Positions 38,301 through 51,809 of a stretch of DNA of 64,000 nucleotides are shown here, in pieces; position 1 is the stretch's first letter, and each line of letters starts with the position of its first letter. The DNA comes from Acanthaster planci (lineage: Eukaryota), in NCBI RefSeq assembly GCF_001949145.1, contig NW_019091359.1, positions 462,021-526,020 on the forward strand, written 5' to 3'. A model generated the notes under the pieces. That model had not been told where the DNA came from, did not search any database, and was given only the letters and a program-made list of their open reading frames with translations. The position numbers were made by a program, and so were the translations under genes.

Positions 38301-41300
38301 CGCCGCACGGCCGTGAAAGGAATGGTCGGATTAAGTCGGCGGCGCAACGCAGACAAGACACGGTGCAATATCATCATCCGTCTTCGGTCCTCCGGCTGGC
38401 GCTGACTTCCACTTTGTGTTCTCCTTTTTTCGATCCAGTGACGGAAGAAGGGGGAAACGACTCTCCGGTTTCATTAATCGCTACTTTGTTTCATCTCACA
38501 AAGGTATCAGTTTCGTATTTAATACTGGCTATTAGGCAGGGAAAGTGTGCGTTATACGCGGCGTTTTATTGAGAGATTAATTTGGGACGGTCAACAACAC
38601 GTTTTCGATGCCAGTTTGGGTTTCAGTGCCTGTGTGTTCGCCCTAAAGTAGATTTTTGCAAAAACAGCTAGGAGTCAAGAACATGTCTAAATACAGAAAC
38701 ATTTGAAACATGGTTGAGTGTTACATTTTAACTTGGCAAGGTACAAGTTTTTTTTTCTCAATTATTTCAAGAATATTTCATCAACGTTCGCGATGCCATG
38801 TAGCCATATAAATTTCCATAGCCATGTGTCCCATTTTATACATATTGAATGTAATACTCCAAATATTGTATTGCTATCTTAAAAAAGAAATTCCCTGCTG
38901 CTGAACACTTCGAGAACTGGCAATGTAAATTTAATAACTTTGAGGTAAAAGGCCTTAAGAACGGCTTCTCACGGGGAAAAAATATATTGAAAGGCTGTTA
39001 TGAGGGTAAACAAAGCATTCTCTGACTTTCATCAAATGAGTATAAACGCCTACGAGTATCTTGAGTGGCCTACACGGATGGAGACCTCGTTGCCAGCGTT
39101 CCTAACAAAAAAAACGGAATCCAAGCCCCACCCAAGGGAACTGACACAGCACCAGGGCCTACCCATCCTCTCCTTGGGTTTGGGGATACTCTCAACATGT
39201 TAACCATGGGGCGACCCCTCTCCTAGATTTCTTCGAAGATTTGATTCAATGCAAGGGTCTGGCTACCTTCTAAATGAAGGCCTCATGGTGTTCTGTTGAA
39301 GACAAAATTGCGTCGCTGCAACAAAAAGTCGGCAGTGCGGATTTGACCTGAAAGGATGGCTTTGTAGGGTTGCCCTCAGCTGTCCTATGACCGACGGTTT
39401 CAATACATCAGAAAGAGCAATCAGTCTCAAACACTAAAGTTCTCTTTACAATTTTTTTCGTCGAAGAATTATGCTTTTGAAGCGGGTTGAGTTTCTCCTT
39501 AAATCCATCACATACAGACACCCAATCATGACATAGATACCGATCAATTTTTTCTCCAACAAGTTTGGAAAAAAGTGGAAAATGTCTGATTACAAATCCT
39601 GAAATCCTTTACAATAGTGATGGAGCAACCGATCCGAATCTAAGTTCAGGACCTATTGGATTAATCCCCCTGCGGCTCAGCATGGGCAATATCCTAGCCG
39701 AGGCCATACACGAAGTGCGCTGGTAAGACCCATATTGCCTGAGCCAGTTGCCGTCTACCCCCCTGAAAAAAAGCTCTAGGCGTCTTTCAACAGCGTTTTT
39801 TCAGCCGAAATCCCCCTCTCCAAATCCCCCCGCCGATATGCGATAGCCCCGCGCCTCGCTCGGAGCGGTGCCGGCGGAAATTGGCCGCCCGCGACCAGCT
39901 CGGTGCTGCCAGTATCAGTTAGGCCTGATAGGCTCACCAGAGTCCCGGGCAACAACCTCTTTCAGGTATCTATTCTTCTACCGCACTCCTTGATGCATTC
40001 TACTGATTTGTTAGATTGCAACGGTAGCATTTGCTGACGATTTTCCTTTCTTTCTCGAATTTCAAAACAGTTTTTATGACTTCTGAGTGATTGACTCTGG
40101 AAAAAACGATTTGAAATAACCTCCCTCCAGCAGGTCAGTTGTGGGCATTGTCACCAGAAAAACCTTTGCAACAGCGGTGCCACTTTACAATGTTTTCTCG
40201 AGTAGGGAGAGGCCGATAATTATATGTTAAGGAGCCCCAAAATGGACAGCTGTGTTCACCGTCACCCACTGCTCACGGGAACAACATAAAGTTGCCGAGT
40301 ATGAATGTGTAATATCATTCAGTACTTAGTTTCCAATATGAACGTAAAATATTTCGATTCAAAATGTTGTGGTGCATATGCATTCCAGTTCCACTAATAT
40401 TGCTCCTGGAAAACCTAGGGGTAGCAGACGTAAAAATAGGCTAGCACCTCTTCACAAGCGCTGGCGATAATTAAGTAGGACCCGAGGCACCAGACCAACA
40501 CGGCAACGCCAACACGTACAGCTAAACGTGAAAACAGCTGGGCGCCCATAATTCTACATATGGCGCGTAATACAACCTGCCTCACATATCACAAGACAGG
40601 TGGTGGAACGGATGAGATGAGAGGTGAAACTAATCTTGGCACTCACTCATGATCGACTCATTTTCAGCCTAAAACTCTATATGACGCATTATTCATAATA
40701 AACACACTGATGTTACACTTCCTACTGAGGCATTCTTTATTCTTCAAAAGTGCCCTGGGATGGGTTGGTAAGGTTGATCCAACTGGGAAACAACAATCCC
40801 CAAAATGACTGCGTCGAGAAAACTTTGCAATCACTGTAGGAGATTACTTTTTGTTTAGCAAAAGAGAACTTGATGAAGTGGGATTGAACGTCAAACGTCG
40901 ACCAATTTAGGGTAACAATGGTCAATTTCTGAACTTTGGAGTTCGTTATTTCTATTTTTCCTGTTTTCTGTAATTGTTTGTTCATGTCCCTACCCGTTTT
41001 CATAATTTATTTAAGAAACCACGAAAATACGATCAAGTCTCGTTCTGTTACAGTTTTACGTTGAAGAGCACTCGTGGATCGCGACATCTTATTTAGCAAA
41101 CCCCAAAACTTTTGCAAAATGTACGTCATTTATTAGCATTCAGATTCGTGAATGAAATTGATCAGTCAACAAAAGTATCATCATATTAACTGGGTTTCAA
41201 CCAATTTTAGTTCACTTCACTCTAAATTGATCAAAGCTAATCTATCTCACCAAAAACTGTTACCAGTAACTATCAGCTGCATGACCTGGTAGAGACCTCG

Positions 41301-44300
41301 AAGAAAAAACAATTCATGCCAAGTAACTCTTATCCCGTGTATATTTCTCATGACTTACATAGGATTTGATCTAGATAATAAATATTCTGTGCACCCCGTT
41401 GACAAGTCGTCTGTGTGACCCCGTCGTCTAGGCTCCCAGTCCCGGCACTTAACTCATCCCTGCCCGGCTCGAACTCCCGGCGTCTTGGCCAAATTAATTT
41501 CCGAAAATTGTCTCAAGTTCGTCGTCTTTTTCATCCCAACCCCGTGATTTCCCCTCTCGTGGCCATCATCTAAACATGTCCGTTTGTGAAATTACCAATT
41601 TTCTTGAGATGATGATGGTGATTTTTTCCCTCCATCTCTTTCACTTCTATTTTTTTTTCGTCTTCTTTCTTCGCCCCATTCTCTGTCGATCTCTCGCGAT
41701 CGGCGAAGAGGGGAAAATTCTTCTTACACGACCCCGTCCTCCGCTGTCAGATTAATCGGTGGAGATTGAGGGACCTTAATTTTCTGTAATTACAGTCGGC
41801 CCGTCTTCAAAAAGGATTCTTGGATTTACGGTACAGCGGTGAAGGCTCGCGAGGCCCGCGCGAAATAGGCCCGTCACGACCGTCAGGTACCGACGCGGCG
41901 AGCCAGGCGACGGCTATGTGAAAGGTATTGGATGTTCGCGCTTGTCATGTTGGTAGTAAAAACACGTCTGCCTGGTCCACGGTGAACGCATTAAAGCTGC
42001 GCATTCGGGAAGAAAACCTTCATCTTAAAAGCTGATTTTAAACATTTCAATTTTCATGTCTGAGTTGGTTTTCACATGGGAGACGCATGATGTAACTCGC
42101 AATTTAAAAACTTTGACGTTCCATAAATGTTTTAGTTTGTCGCAGGATAAATAAACGTAAACGTCATCAGGAAAGTACATTGAGAATAGTGCACTGTTAT
42201 TAAGCAGTTTGCCAAACCTGTGGATTCTACCCCCCCACACACACACACATTCACAGACAAACTGTCCATTGTGACAATAAAGGCCTGAAGTTCTCGCCAT
42301 AAAGATCGGTTTTAGCTCACTGACTATTGTGTCAACTGTCTAGGGTTATGGTTATTAGGCCTAAAACATTTTGTGATTTGCTGATCAAATAGCCATTTCC
42401 AAAAGTAGTGGCAAGCCGCATGTCATTGGAAAAAACTCTCATCCAAAAAGGCATAACTGTGGAAGGAAAACTGTGCTTTACTGTTATTCATTAGGCCCTA
42501 TTGCGTGCACTTATTTCACAGTCAAGGGGAGATAAATTTCATATTTTTCTCGATAGTAACATTTCCAAATTATTAAGTCAGCAGGAAAAAACGCATGCAT
42601 TTTGTGGGGAATTTTATCAGCCATGCAACGTAAGGGCATACTGTCTTGAAAGTTCTCGTCTTGCATGCATTGTAAGTACATTTACAGCATCAAACGGTAT
42701 CCTATTCAAACCAGGGAGATATTTTGGACAACCTTTGAATGATACAAGTCGCATTTGGCTAAACAAGACGTGGACTTTCGCAGTGTTTCAATTAGTATGT
42801 TATACAGTTGGCAATACATACCAGAGACGTAATCTACCATCTCGACCATTTTGCCTACGTGCTCGACTCGAAAAAAAATCAATGGTAAGACTAATTCAAG
42901 GTCAGTGACCACAGGAAACCAGTTATAGTTCGGGCTACAAACAGTATTTATTTTCCACATCATTCCCTTGGTGGGGCATGTTAATATTCACTTAGCGGTC
43001 CACCGCGAGTTCAAGTATACACACAGTTCAAGCACGGAGCAAATCGCGCCGATTTTCTGCATCACTGCTCCTCTGAGTACAAGGCGCCAGTCGTGCCGCT
43101 AAAATGTACGAGTGGGCCACTATTGTTTTAGCTAATGGAGGGTGTGCTAATGGAGACATGCACGCGATCGGTACACCCCAAATTATCGGTGATTTGGTTT
43201 TACGTTTAATTCCCGTCTTTAATCCAAAGGTATAGAGAGGGCCGCGGAAATGGAATAGATCACTGCATATTTCCATAGCAGCCTACTGTAATTTTGAATG
43301 CCCTTGAATTTGCCAACTGAAACAATGCCATGGGTTTGCTGTTTGAAAACAAAAAACAGACAGATAACAGTGAAGACACCAAGGTCCGAAAAGTATCAAA
43401 ATGGCTAACATTAGATTCTCGGGAAGCTAAATAGCAGCATGCATGGTTTAAATAGATTTCAATTGCCAGAAAAGGACAAATACCACTGTGATTTTATTCG
43501 GGTTTAATGTTGTTTTTAAAAAATAAGTTATCTTAACACAGCAAAAGAGTCAAGGCAATTTGACTTATGGTAGTTACGTTTTGATAAGCCATTCCTAGTA
43601 TGAAAAATAAAGAGCAACTTTAAAGTTCATTTGTAACGTTCTGTCGATCAAGGTCTTTGGGCCTTGCAAATACAACAACTACAAGCATATAAGGCCCCGA
43701 TTGCTTCGTGACGCATACCGCCACCAACGGAAATAACGAAACAACAAATGACAAACAAATTGAGGAGTATGTGATGTAGGCCAAGGTCGTGCAGTATTTT
43801 AAAACTGTCAGTGAGAAACGAAGACGTCTGGCGCCTGTATCTTGGCAGCCATCGCATGCCGGTCGTGTACAGCGGGCCAGATCGCGCCGAGTTCAAGACC
43901 AGATACACAGCTGGACCCGAATATGACAACGCTAACAGTCATCGGGGTTTGTTACACCATTGGTAGGTCTACCCAGTCACGTCCTGTCGCGAACCCAGCG
44001 TAAATTATGTAATACCCATGGCGAGATTCGCAGCAGCAGGGCCGGTTTTCACGGCGGGTTCCGCGGTCCCCGTAATTGGCGATCTTGATTTCACGGCGGG
44101 CCACCGACGCCAGCCTAAGCGAACTGAGGGGGAATCGCCGTGCTTAAACGAGCATCTCACGAGGTATGGAGACCGTCAAGAAAACATAACTGATCCGTTC
44201 AAGGGCACAAGAGGCATTCCTCGGGGAACGGTCTTCAGCGTGTTTTCCATAGCAGGCAGATAGTTATTATTCATCACGGATATTTATTTGAGAAAACTAT

Positions 44301-47273
44301 TTGCATATTAGTTGAAGTCATGCGCTAAGGGTCACCAATTCCCCCAATCACACAAGAGTGTGGTGGATATTGTATCCATGTTCAGGGGCCACCGCTGCGC
44401 AGACAGGCACAGGGGTTCAAAATACTGTATGCCATTTTAATGTCGATCAGATTTTGCTTAGTCTGTCAGTCAAAGAGTAGGCCGGTCAAGCCCCGCCTCA
44501 TGTCGCAAGCGGTAGGACATCGCCGTATTCAACATAGTAGCGAATTTCCTGTTTTGGTTGACGGTCTACGTACGGCTTATATCACTCATCACCAACTAGG
44601 CAAATCCCTTAATCTGGGGCTGTGTACCCGAGGCGTAATAACCAAAAAAGCACACAGACAAAACTAAAATAAAGTTGAGCTTCAACTTGACCAATAACAA
44701 TAAGTCGTTTTTGTACTTTCAATGTGGCAAAAAAGGAGGCCAAGTTGAAGCCATGACGCAGTGGTTACACACTTTGATAATTGATATTAAGAGACTGCAT
44801 TTGGAGCATCAAAACGACGCTTCAGAAACATTTAGGCAACTTCATTAAGAATGTGAGTTGAACGTTAAAACACAATAACACAGATGTATTGGCATACCTA
44901 TCTGACATTAATATTTTACACAAAATTCCCACGTGCAAATTTTACTTTATATCTTTACTGGAATTTATGCCTACTCTCACAGTTATGCTGGAACATAATG
45001 CCTAAACGATACTGAAAGGAACTGAAATTTTCACAAGTATAAACTGGTTACTTCAGTAATGCCGGCTTTTAATTGGCGAGGTTCAATGACTTGAACACTT
45101 GAAGCTAGAATAATGTACATGTGCATTATATCAAAAAAATGAGGAAATATTTATTTGATCGCTGGTGGCGCTATCACGTGTTTATGGTTCAATACGTCAA
45201 TAGGGGATGCCAGTAATTATGAAACTAGTGTTATCGATCCACTTTTCTGGACCACAGAACCACATAGGCCTAATAGTCGTTATACCTAGCGTCACACTGT
45301 TTTTCACCATTGGGGTTGAGGTTGAATTGTGAACATGGTAAATAAAAGAAATTAGCTCTGTGTCGGGTAAGATGAGAATAAAATTTGCTTGTCATGGCCT
45401 TGTACATATTTTAGTGAAGGAAATATGTCATACGGGGTCACAGCTAACGACGCGCAGAGCATTGTGGGTAAACTTCAGCAGACTTCGCTCAAAAGCGTGC
45501 ATTCCACCAAATAGTCGTATTTCTGCGCGCGAGCTCAATAATATTTTGTGATCCCACGGGGTTTTTACAATAAGACATGCCATAATCAGCAGGCATCATA
45601 GAAATATTTCTATAAATCCGAATTTGGGACAGGTAGTTTCTAGCTCGGGGTATTTCTTTCACAAAAAGCCCGAAATTGCGGGCCAATTTTGGATAGAGGG
45701 GGGAGGTTGCATTCAGTAATGAGCGCTTAGTTTTACTGCTGTTTGGGGGTATCTTCCTTGAAAGATGAATAAAAACATTTTCGTGGTTAACCCCCATGAA
45801 AAGTGATCTTTTGGCCATAATCTTGAATTTCCAGTAAAAAAACGGAGGCCAACCTCTTCACAAGAGTCAACAGGCGGCGCTATTTCGGTGCGATTTTGCA
45901 CTGTTTAATTAAGTGCAACCTCAATACGTTACACGAGCGGCAGTTATCAATTCGATTTTTTTTCTCTCTTTCTTCCTCATTGCTGCACATTTTCTAACTA
46001 CACTTTGTTAATTAATCTAAAATTGATCCAGATAATCAATTATTTGAAATACGTCGCCAAAAGATACGTGATCAGTGACACGCCCAATAAAGATATTTTA
46101 CCGTGATTGTACCAAGGCCGTGTTTTTAACATATAAGCCGACACTTTGGCCCGTCTTAAAACATTTCCATTGGCCAACCAAAAACTTAAAATAACGCTTC
46201 GGTAGCAGGAAGTGATAACCTCCACGTGCAACCATAAGCCCCCCCCCCCCAGCGCCCTGTTCAGGTGCTGGCGACTAGCAAAAACCACATATTGCTACTA
46301 GTCGCCGTTGGTGGCGCTATGACACGTTCACGATCTGCGTGCTCAGGGTGCACTCCTACAAATAAATTCCCATAGACACAAATGATAAATCCCTTATATT
46401 TCAAAACTATTTTTAAAATACTGAAAACTCTCACTGGTGTCCAAACTGGACAGGAAAATAATGTTCGAAATATCCTCTTTCATTTTCCTTTCAATTTTAT
46501 TGGGTTGATCGATGAATTTTTGAGAATTTCTAACCCGGAGCAGACCACCCCTAAAACGAAGGAAATTTCACTGCCAGGAAAAGTAGCCATTTTGAAAATA
46601 CTTCCCCATGAAAACCCCCCAGAAAAAATCCCCCTAGTTTATTGAAAGAAAAGAGAGGGATGAAAGCTACCATTGGAACTGCCAGCTTGTAATTTTGAAA
46701 ATATTGGACAAAACTGGGCCCTCGAAATTGCTCTATATTGTAATATAATGTAAGAATCCAATTTTACAATAGCGATGAGCTTCACGACTATCTTCAAAAG
46801 TCATCCGTTGAGCCACTAAAGTTTGAATGGAATATGCAAGATGAAAGTTGAAATTGAAAGTGATATGTGACCTCAACACCCGAGAAACCTGTATTTTTCC
46901 TAATTTTTGTTTGAAGTGGGAGTAATTACCAGTGTTTATGGCATCTTTTTACTGGTGGGCAACCCAGATAAGCCGACTAGTCGCCTACGGCAAGTTTGAC
47001 GGGATACCGGTACATGTGCCTCTCGATACTCATGTCGACATTCTCAGCATCAAGAGACTGAGTTACAGACACTCAACACCGACAGACACTGTATTTTGTC
47101 GAAAAGATTTGATTTGGTTTACACATTAAGAATGATTTTATGCTCAACTTTTGTTTGAAGTTTTAAGAATTTACAGATACAGACGGAAAAAAACAGAATA
47201 CAAAGGAATCATTCACAATCATCAATATAATGATTATGGAACAAGAATATTGTGGCGGTCGGGTCTGACGATA

Positions 47274-47622
47274 NNNNNNNNNNNNNNNNNNNNNNNNNNN
47301 NNNNNNNNNNNNNNNNNNNNNNNNNNNNNNNNNNNNNNNNNNNNNNNNNNNNNNNNNNNNNNNNNNNNNNNNNNNNNNNNNNNNNNNNNNNNNNNNNNNN
47401 NNNNNNNNNNNNNNNNNNNNNNNNNNNNNNNNNNNNNNNNNNNNNNNNNNNNNNNNNNNNNNNNNNNNNNNNNNNNNNNNNNNNNNNNNNNNNNNNNNNN
47501 NNNNNNNNNNNNNNNNNNNNNNNNNNNNNNNNNNNNNNNNNNNNNNNNNNNNNNNNNNNNNNNNNNNNNNNNNNNNNNNNNNNNNNNNNNNNNNNNNNNN
47601 NNNNNNNNNNNNNNNNNNNNNN
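47274..47622. other. Assembly gap (349 N)
   Basis: Run of N. Confidence 1.
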
Positions 47623-48622
47623 CACGGAACTGACATGGAACACGCGACCGACTTGAAACACGCAACTGACAAGACCCACTTTCCCGCCACCGCACGCGGT
47701 TTTTATAGCTGTGCGGCCCGGGCAACATTAGCATAAATTAAATAAATAGAGGGCGTCCTAATGCCTTACCATAATTTCGCCACAATATCATACAGATAAT
47801 AATATAGGACTGACAGAGTTAACTTCTTTTATAATACTAATTTGACCACTCAGAAATAGATTCACTGTGGACAAAAGAGAAAATCACGCGCAGGTTATAG
47901 ATACCTTCGCCAGATTTACCGCCTTTGAGTTTTAATTTGACTGCACCTATTCAAGAAGGGCAGCGGGGATTACATTGAAGAATGGTGATAGAGTAGTTTG
48001 CCCATAAAAAGTGGAAAACGAAACTAAACGGAAAGATAAAAAGTTGTGTGCGCAAAAACGAATTTGAATGTCAGAATAGGGAAAAAGAAACCCCAAAACA
48101 AACTAAACCGTAGCATCTGTGCGAATTTGATTGAGAGGAATTTTGCTGAAATTGGCCGGGAAGGCCTAGGCCCCTATATTACGATATCAGTGTGAATCTC
48201 GTACCTGTTTTGGGTAGCCTACTCAGTATAAAACGTAACAAACACTGAGCGAACATGTATAAAGCAAACATACACAAATCCACCATTTTGGGGGCTAATA
48301 ACAAATATAAGTTGCGTTCATGCAAAAACTAATATCCAGTGCATTTCCTTTCAGTTTCTCGTTTCAATTTAATCAATAATTCGTTCTCCCCGCTGAGAAA
48401 GGTCAGCTGAAAATTCCTTTAAAAAGCAACAAAAAGAAATAATTTCAAAAGTCCTATCTGACAGTTCGGATAGCATGTCTTTGACCCCCCCAAACGAATA
48501 CATCTCTTTTTACCAAATGCAGGATATTTCAAATAGAGGTTGCACACCACAGTCTTGTGGAATTCTGCTCAAAACTAAAGGAAAACTTGACAAACAAGGT
48601 TCCTTTGTCTTGCTTCTAGTTG

Positions 48623-48628
48623 TTTATT
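48623..48628 (-). terminator. Candidate polyadenylation signal (AATAAA) of the cadherin-EGF gene, implying a ~2.2-kb 3'UTR
   Basis: First canonical minus-strand AATAAA I found downstream of the stop codon. An ATTAAA variant at 50430-50435 is an alternative. Confidence 0.35.
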
Positions 48629-50818
48629 GCATCCTTAGTAATTTACAATTTGTGGTAAGAAGTTCAACCTGGGGGAAATTTTTAAGCCATATTACACATT
48701 AAACATGTTCACGATACTGGATTACAATAAATATTGAATCAGCAAAAAATATTCCCGATATAAATGAATTATTCCAGACATGCTTAGTGCAAAAAATAAA
48801 CATGAATAACAACATCTCATCTCAAAGTACTACTAACTATTTCAGAAGAGAATCCTTTCAGCCTTCATCCTTTTCTTGACAGAGTTAACTGCTTTGAATA
48901 AATATCTTCATTTCAGAAATTTGGTGGAATACAGTCAGATTCGAGAACCCATTATAGCAATCAACTCCAGACTAATCAGTAAATACAAAGTGAAGTGTCA
49001 TTAAATGCTCCGTTATGTTTCTCCTCCAAAACACTCTCATATTGAAGACTGCATGAACTGCATCACTTGATCAAGAGTCTCTCAAAGTAACTAAACATGA
49101 CACAAATATGGTGGGTTATTAGCAGTGAAACAAAATCCAACCAACGTACACCACCACCAAACCATACCCGTATCCAAAACTTCCACTTTTCATAAATATG
49201 AGGCAAGAGAACTATTTGGAATAAACTTGGGACCTGCGACTTCCACAATGCTGTTGGCATATCTAACCTCACGTGTTTGCCTATTGCCCTCATGAGGCAA
49301 AAGCCAGTAGCCCAGTGTGCTAACAGGCCAGGGGTCATGTCCACGGTCCAGATGCCAGCAACATTAGCAAATATTGCAAGCTTGGGTTATGGAAGTGAAG
49401 GGGTTAATGAAGGGCAGATCAAGAATGGGGGGGGGGCAAATGCTTAGGGACCAAAACTTTTTAATGTTCCTTCATGAACCTCTAATAGCCTTTAAGAGGG
49501 GTGAAGCTAAATTTGGGGGCTTTTACAGGGAAGTGAAAGAGTCCCAAAATGCCTTTATCTCATATTTCAAACCAAAGGTTTTTGCTGGGAGTGGGGCACA
49601 TGGCTTAGTTGCATCCCCTTGGATCAACCAATGATGACAATGAGGATTGTCACCGCAATATCAACCTCAACAGAGGCTTTGCGTGGTAGCCATCATGCAA
49701 GGGCAGTTCTTTTGTTTCACAGGGAAACCTCCTTTGTACATACCCTATGACACAAAACAATGGCCTGCAATATGGAAGCCAAGCAAACCCTCTATAGTAT
49801 GGTTGAAGGAATAACAATATCACTGGCCTGTTGTGGGGCACTGTCACAGAGCTGTATCACAGAACGTTGACAAATGCTGCAAAGGCAAATTATAACTGAC
49901 TTAGTTTGGCAGCCACATTATTGCTGCTGCCACTAATTACAACTTAGATATCATTTCTCATCTCCCAAATGAAAGCTCTTCCTCCAACAGCTTCCCCTTA
50001 ATTCCCCACATTCTATCCAACAAAACAACATTTAGTATGTTTGGCATACCTTTCAGACAAGACTCAGTTAAATGATGATCTCACATCACAGGTCCATATT
50101 ATCGTTGCTGCCTTATCATAACTACCAGAAAAAGAGGTCTGAACAGAATTCGAAAAGTTTCGATAGACTACATCATAGAAATATAAATAGATAAAAGTAC
50201 TTTCGCAAAAAACATACATTTACTATTAAAACTGTTTACATAAAAATTCTTCAGAAAGACAAGACACTGCATTCAATGTAACATTTACAAAAGAAACTAC
50301 GGTTTACTTTCAATATGTAATATGTCCATTTGAAGAACTTGACATTTTTCCATAATTATGAAATTTAAAAAATAAAAATGGTATACCATGTGTCCCAAAC
50401 TTAATTTTTACATTGTTTCCAAACTTGCATTTAATGTTATAAAACCATGGAAACTGACCTTAGGCAACCAGGAGAAAGTGGGATTATGATAGGTACTTGG
50501 TACCATAATTGCGCTTATTCGGCTTTGGAAATGAACTCTTCAAATATCTTTGTGAAACCTTTTACACTACTGAATATATGTACTCAAGTTAAACGTATCC
50601 TGTAACAGTATACTTTTAAGCATATGAGAAACTGCAGTTCTGTAAAATATTCACTGGATCATACTACCTGCAACAATGCTTAAATCAATCACTGCATCAG
50701 AAAGCAACAATCCTGTGCAGTTATTGAAGTGAAGTTTGCCTTCAAACTCGGAAGATAGCTGCTAAAAAATGTCAGCAGTCCTCAAAAGAACTGCAATTAC
50801 ACTAACAAATATCTTCCA

Positions 50819-51809
50819 CTATTCAAAAGGGTCATCATCAAGGTCCTCATTATCTGAATCCTGGAAAATGGGATTCTGCTTGGTGATATCGGAAGGAGAT
50901 TTGGTGAGGGACAGCTTGTTGCTCCTATTTTGATCTTCGGTAATGTCGTCGTGATTGCCATTCAGTGTTGCTGAGGTAGAGGTCTTTCTATTCCCACTAA
51001 CACTTTGTGGCGAGGATTGGCTAGGGGGTTGGACAGCACCGACAGAGGACTCACCATCCTGCCGCATCTCTGTGGCTGCCTGCTTGCTCAGCACTGGGTT
51101 CTCAGGTATAAAGATTGGGTTCTGGTATGCCACTGCCCCTACGGAATGCTTGCGGGTAACCGAAGGCCGGCGACCTGCAGACTTCTTGCGGACACGCTTG
51201 TCTCCTTGCTCTGGGACATTCTCTTTGACAAGGCCAAGTTGCGCTTGCTCCCACTGGTCAAGGTTGCTTCCCTTGGCCTGTAAGGTGCCTCGGTCACTGA
51301 GAGGCATGGCCAGGGTCTCCATGAACTGTGCCACTGCCAGATCACCTCCCATTTGGGCTTTCTCTTGTTTCTCTTTGCCACTATTGATGTCCACCTGCTG
51401 ACCTTTCACCTCATAGCCCGGGGGGAGGAGCCCCAGGGCGCTTGCGAGGAAGAGGTTGTCGGGTGGGGAGTAAGGTGGGGGCTTATCCTTAGGGATTTGC
51501 TTGGTGTCCTCAGCTTTGGCAGCAGTGGGCAAGGCTTCAGCACCCGTAGAGACAGCGGCAGGCGCTTCCGGGGTGGATGCTTTTGCAACTGCTTCAGTTG
51601 GGGTGGGCACTGAGGAAGCAACTTGTACCTTTGCCTCTTCGTTGCCATCCATAGGATAATCTCGCTCTGCGTAATCAACTGGTGGATAGTCCTGAGGTGG
51701 GTTATCTTGTGTTTGATAATCTTCTGGTATGAAATCCATGGATGGATGGTGCTGTGTCCGATGGTCTTGATCCGGTGTGACCATCACTTGCTCAGAGTCA
51801 CTGCGGAAT
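50819..51809 (-). CDS. Terminal coding exon: low-complexity cytoplasmic tail
   Basis: Acceptor aaaacag|A fits the phase-2 donor of the TM exon. About 330 open codons end at TAG (50821-50819). Rich in P, S, Q, D and E. Confidence 0.85.

Noticed and set aside
115..47129. The many 60-171 aa ORFs in the left 47 kb
   Set aside because: No recognisable domains and no consistent splice-phase chain. Their size and density fit chance ORFs.
47151..47734. Long ORFs spanning 47.2-47.7 kb
   Set aside because: Artefacts of translating through the N gap.
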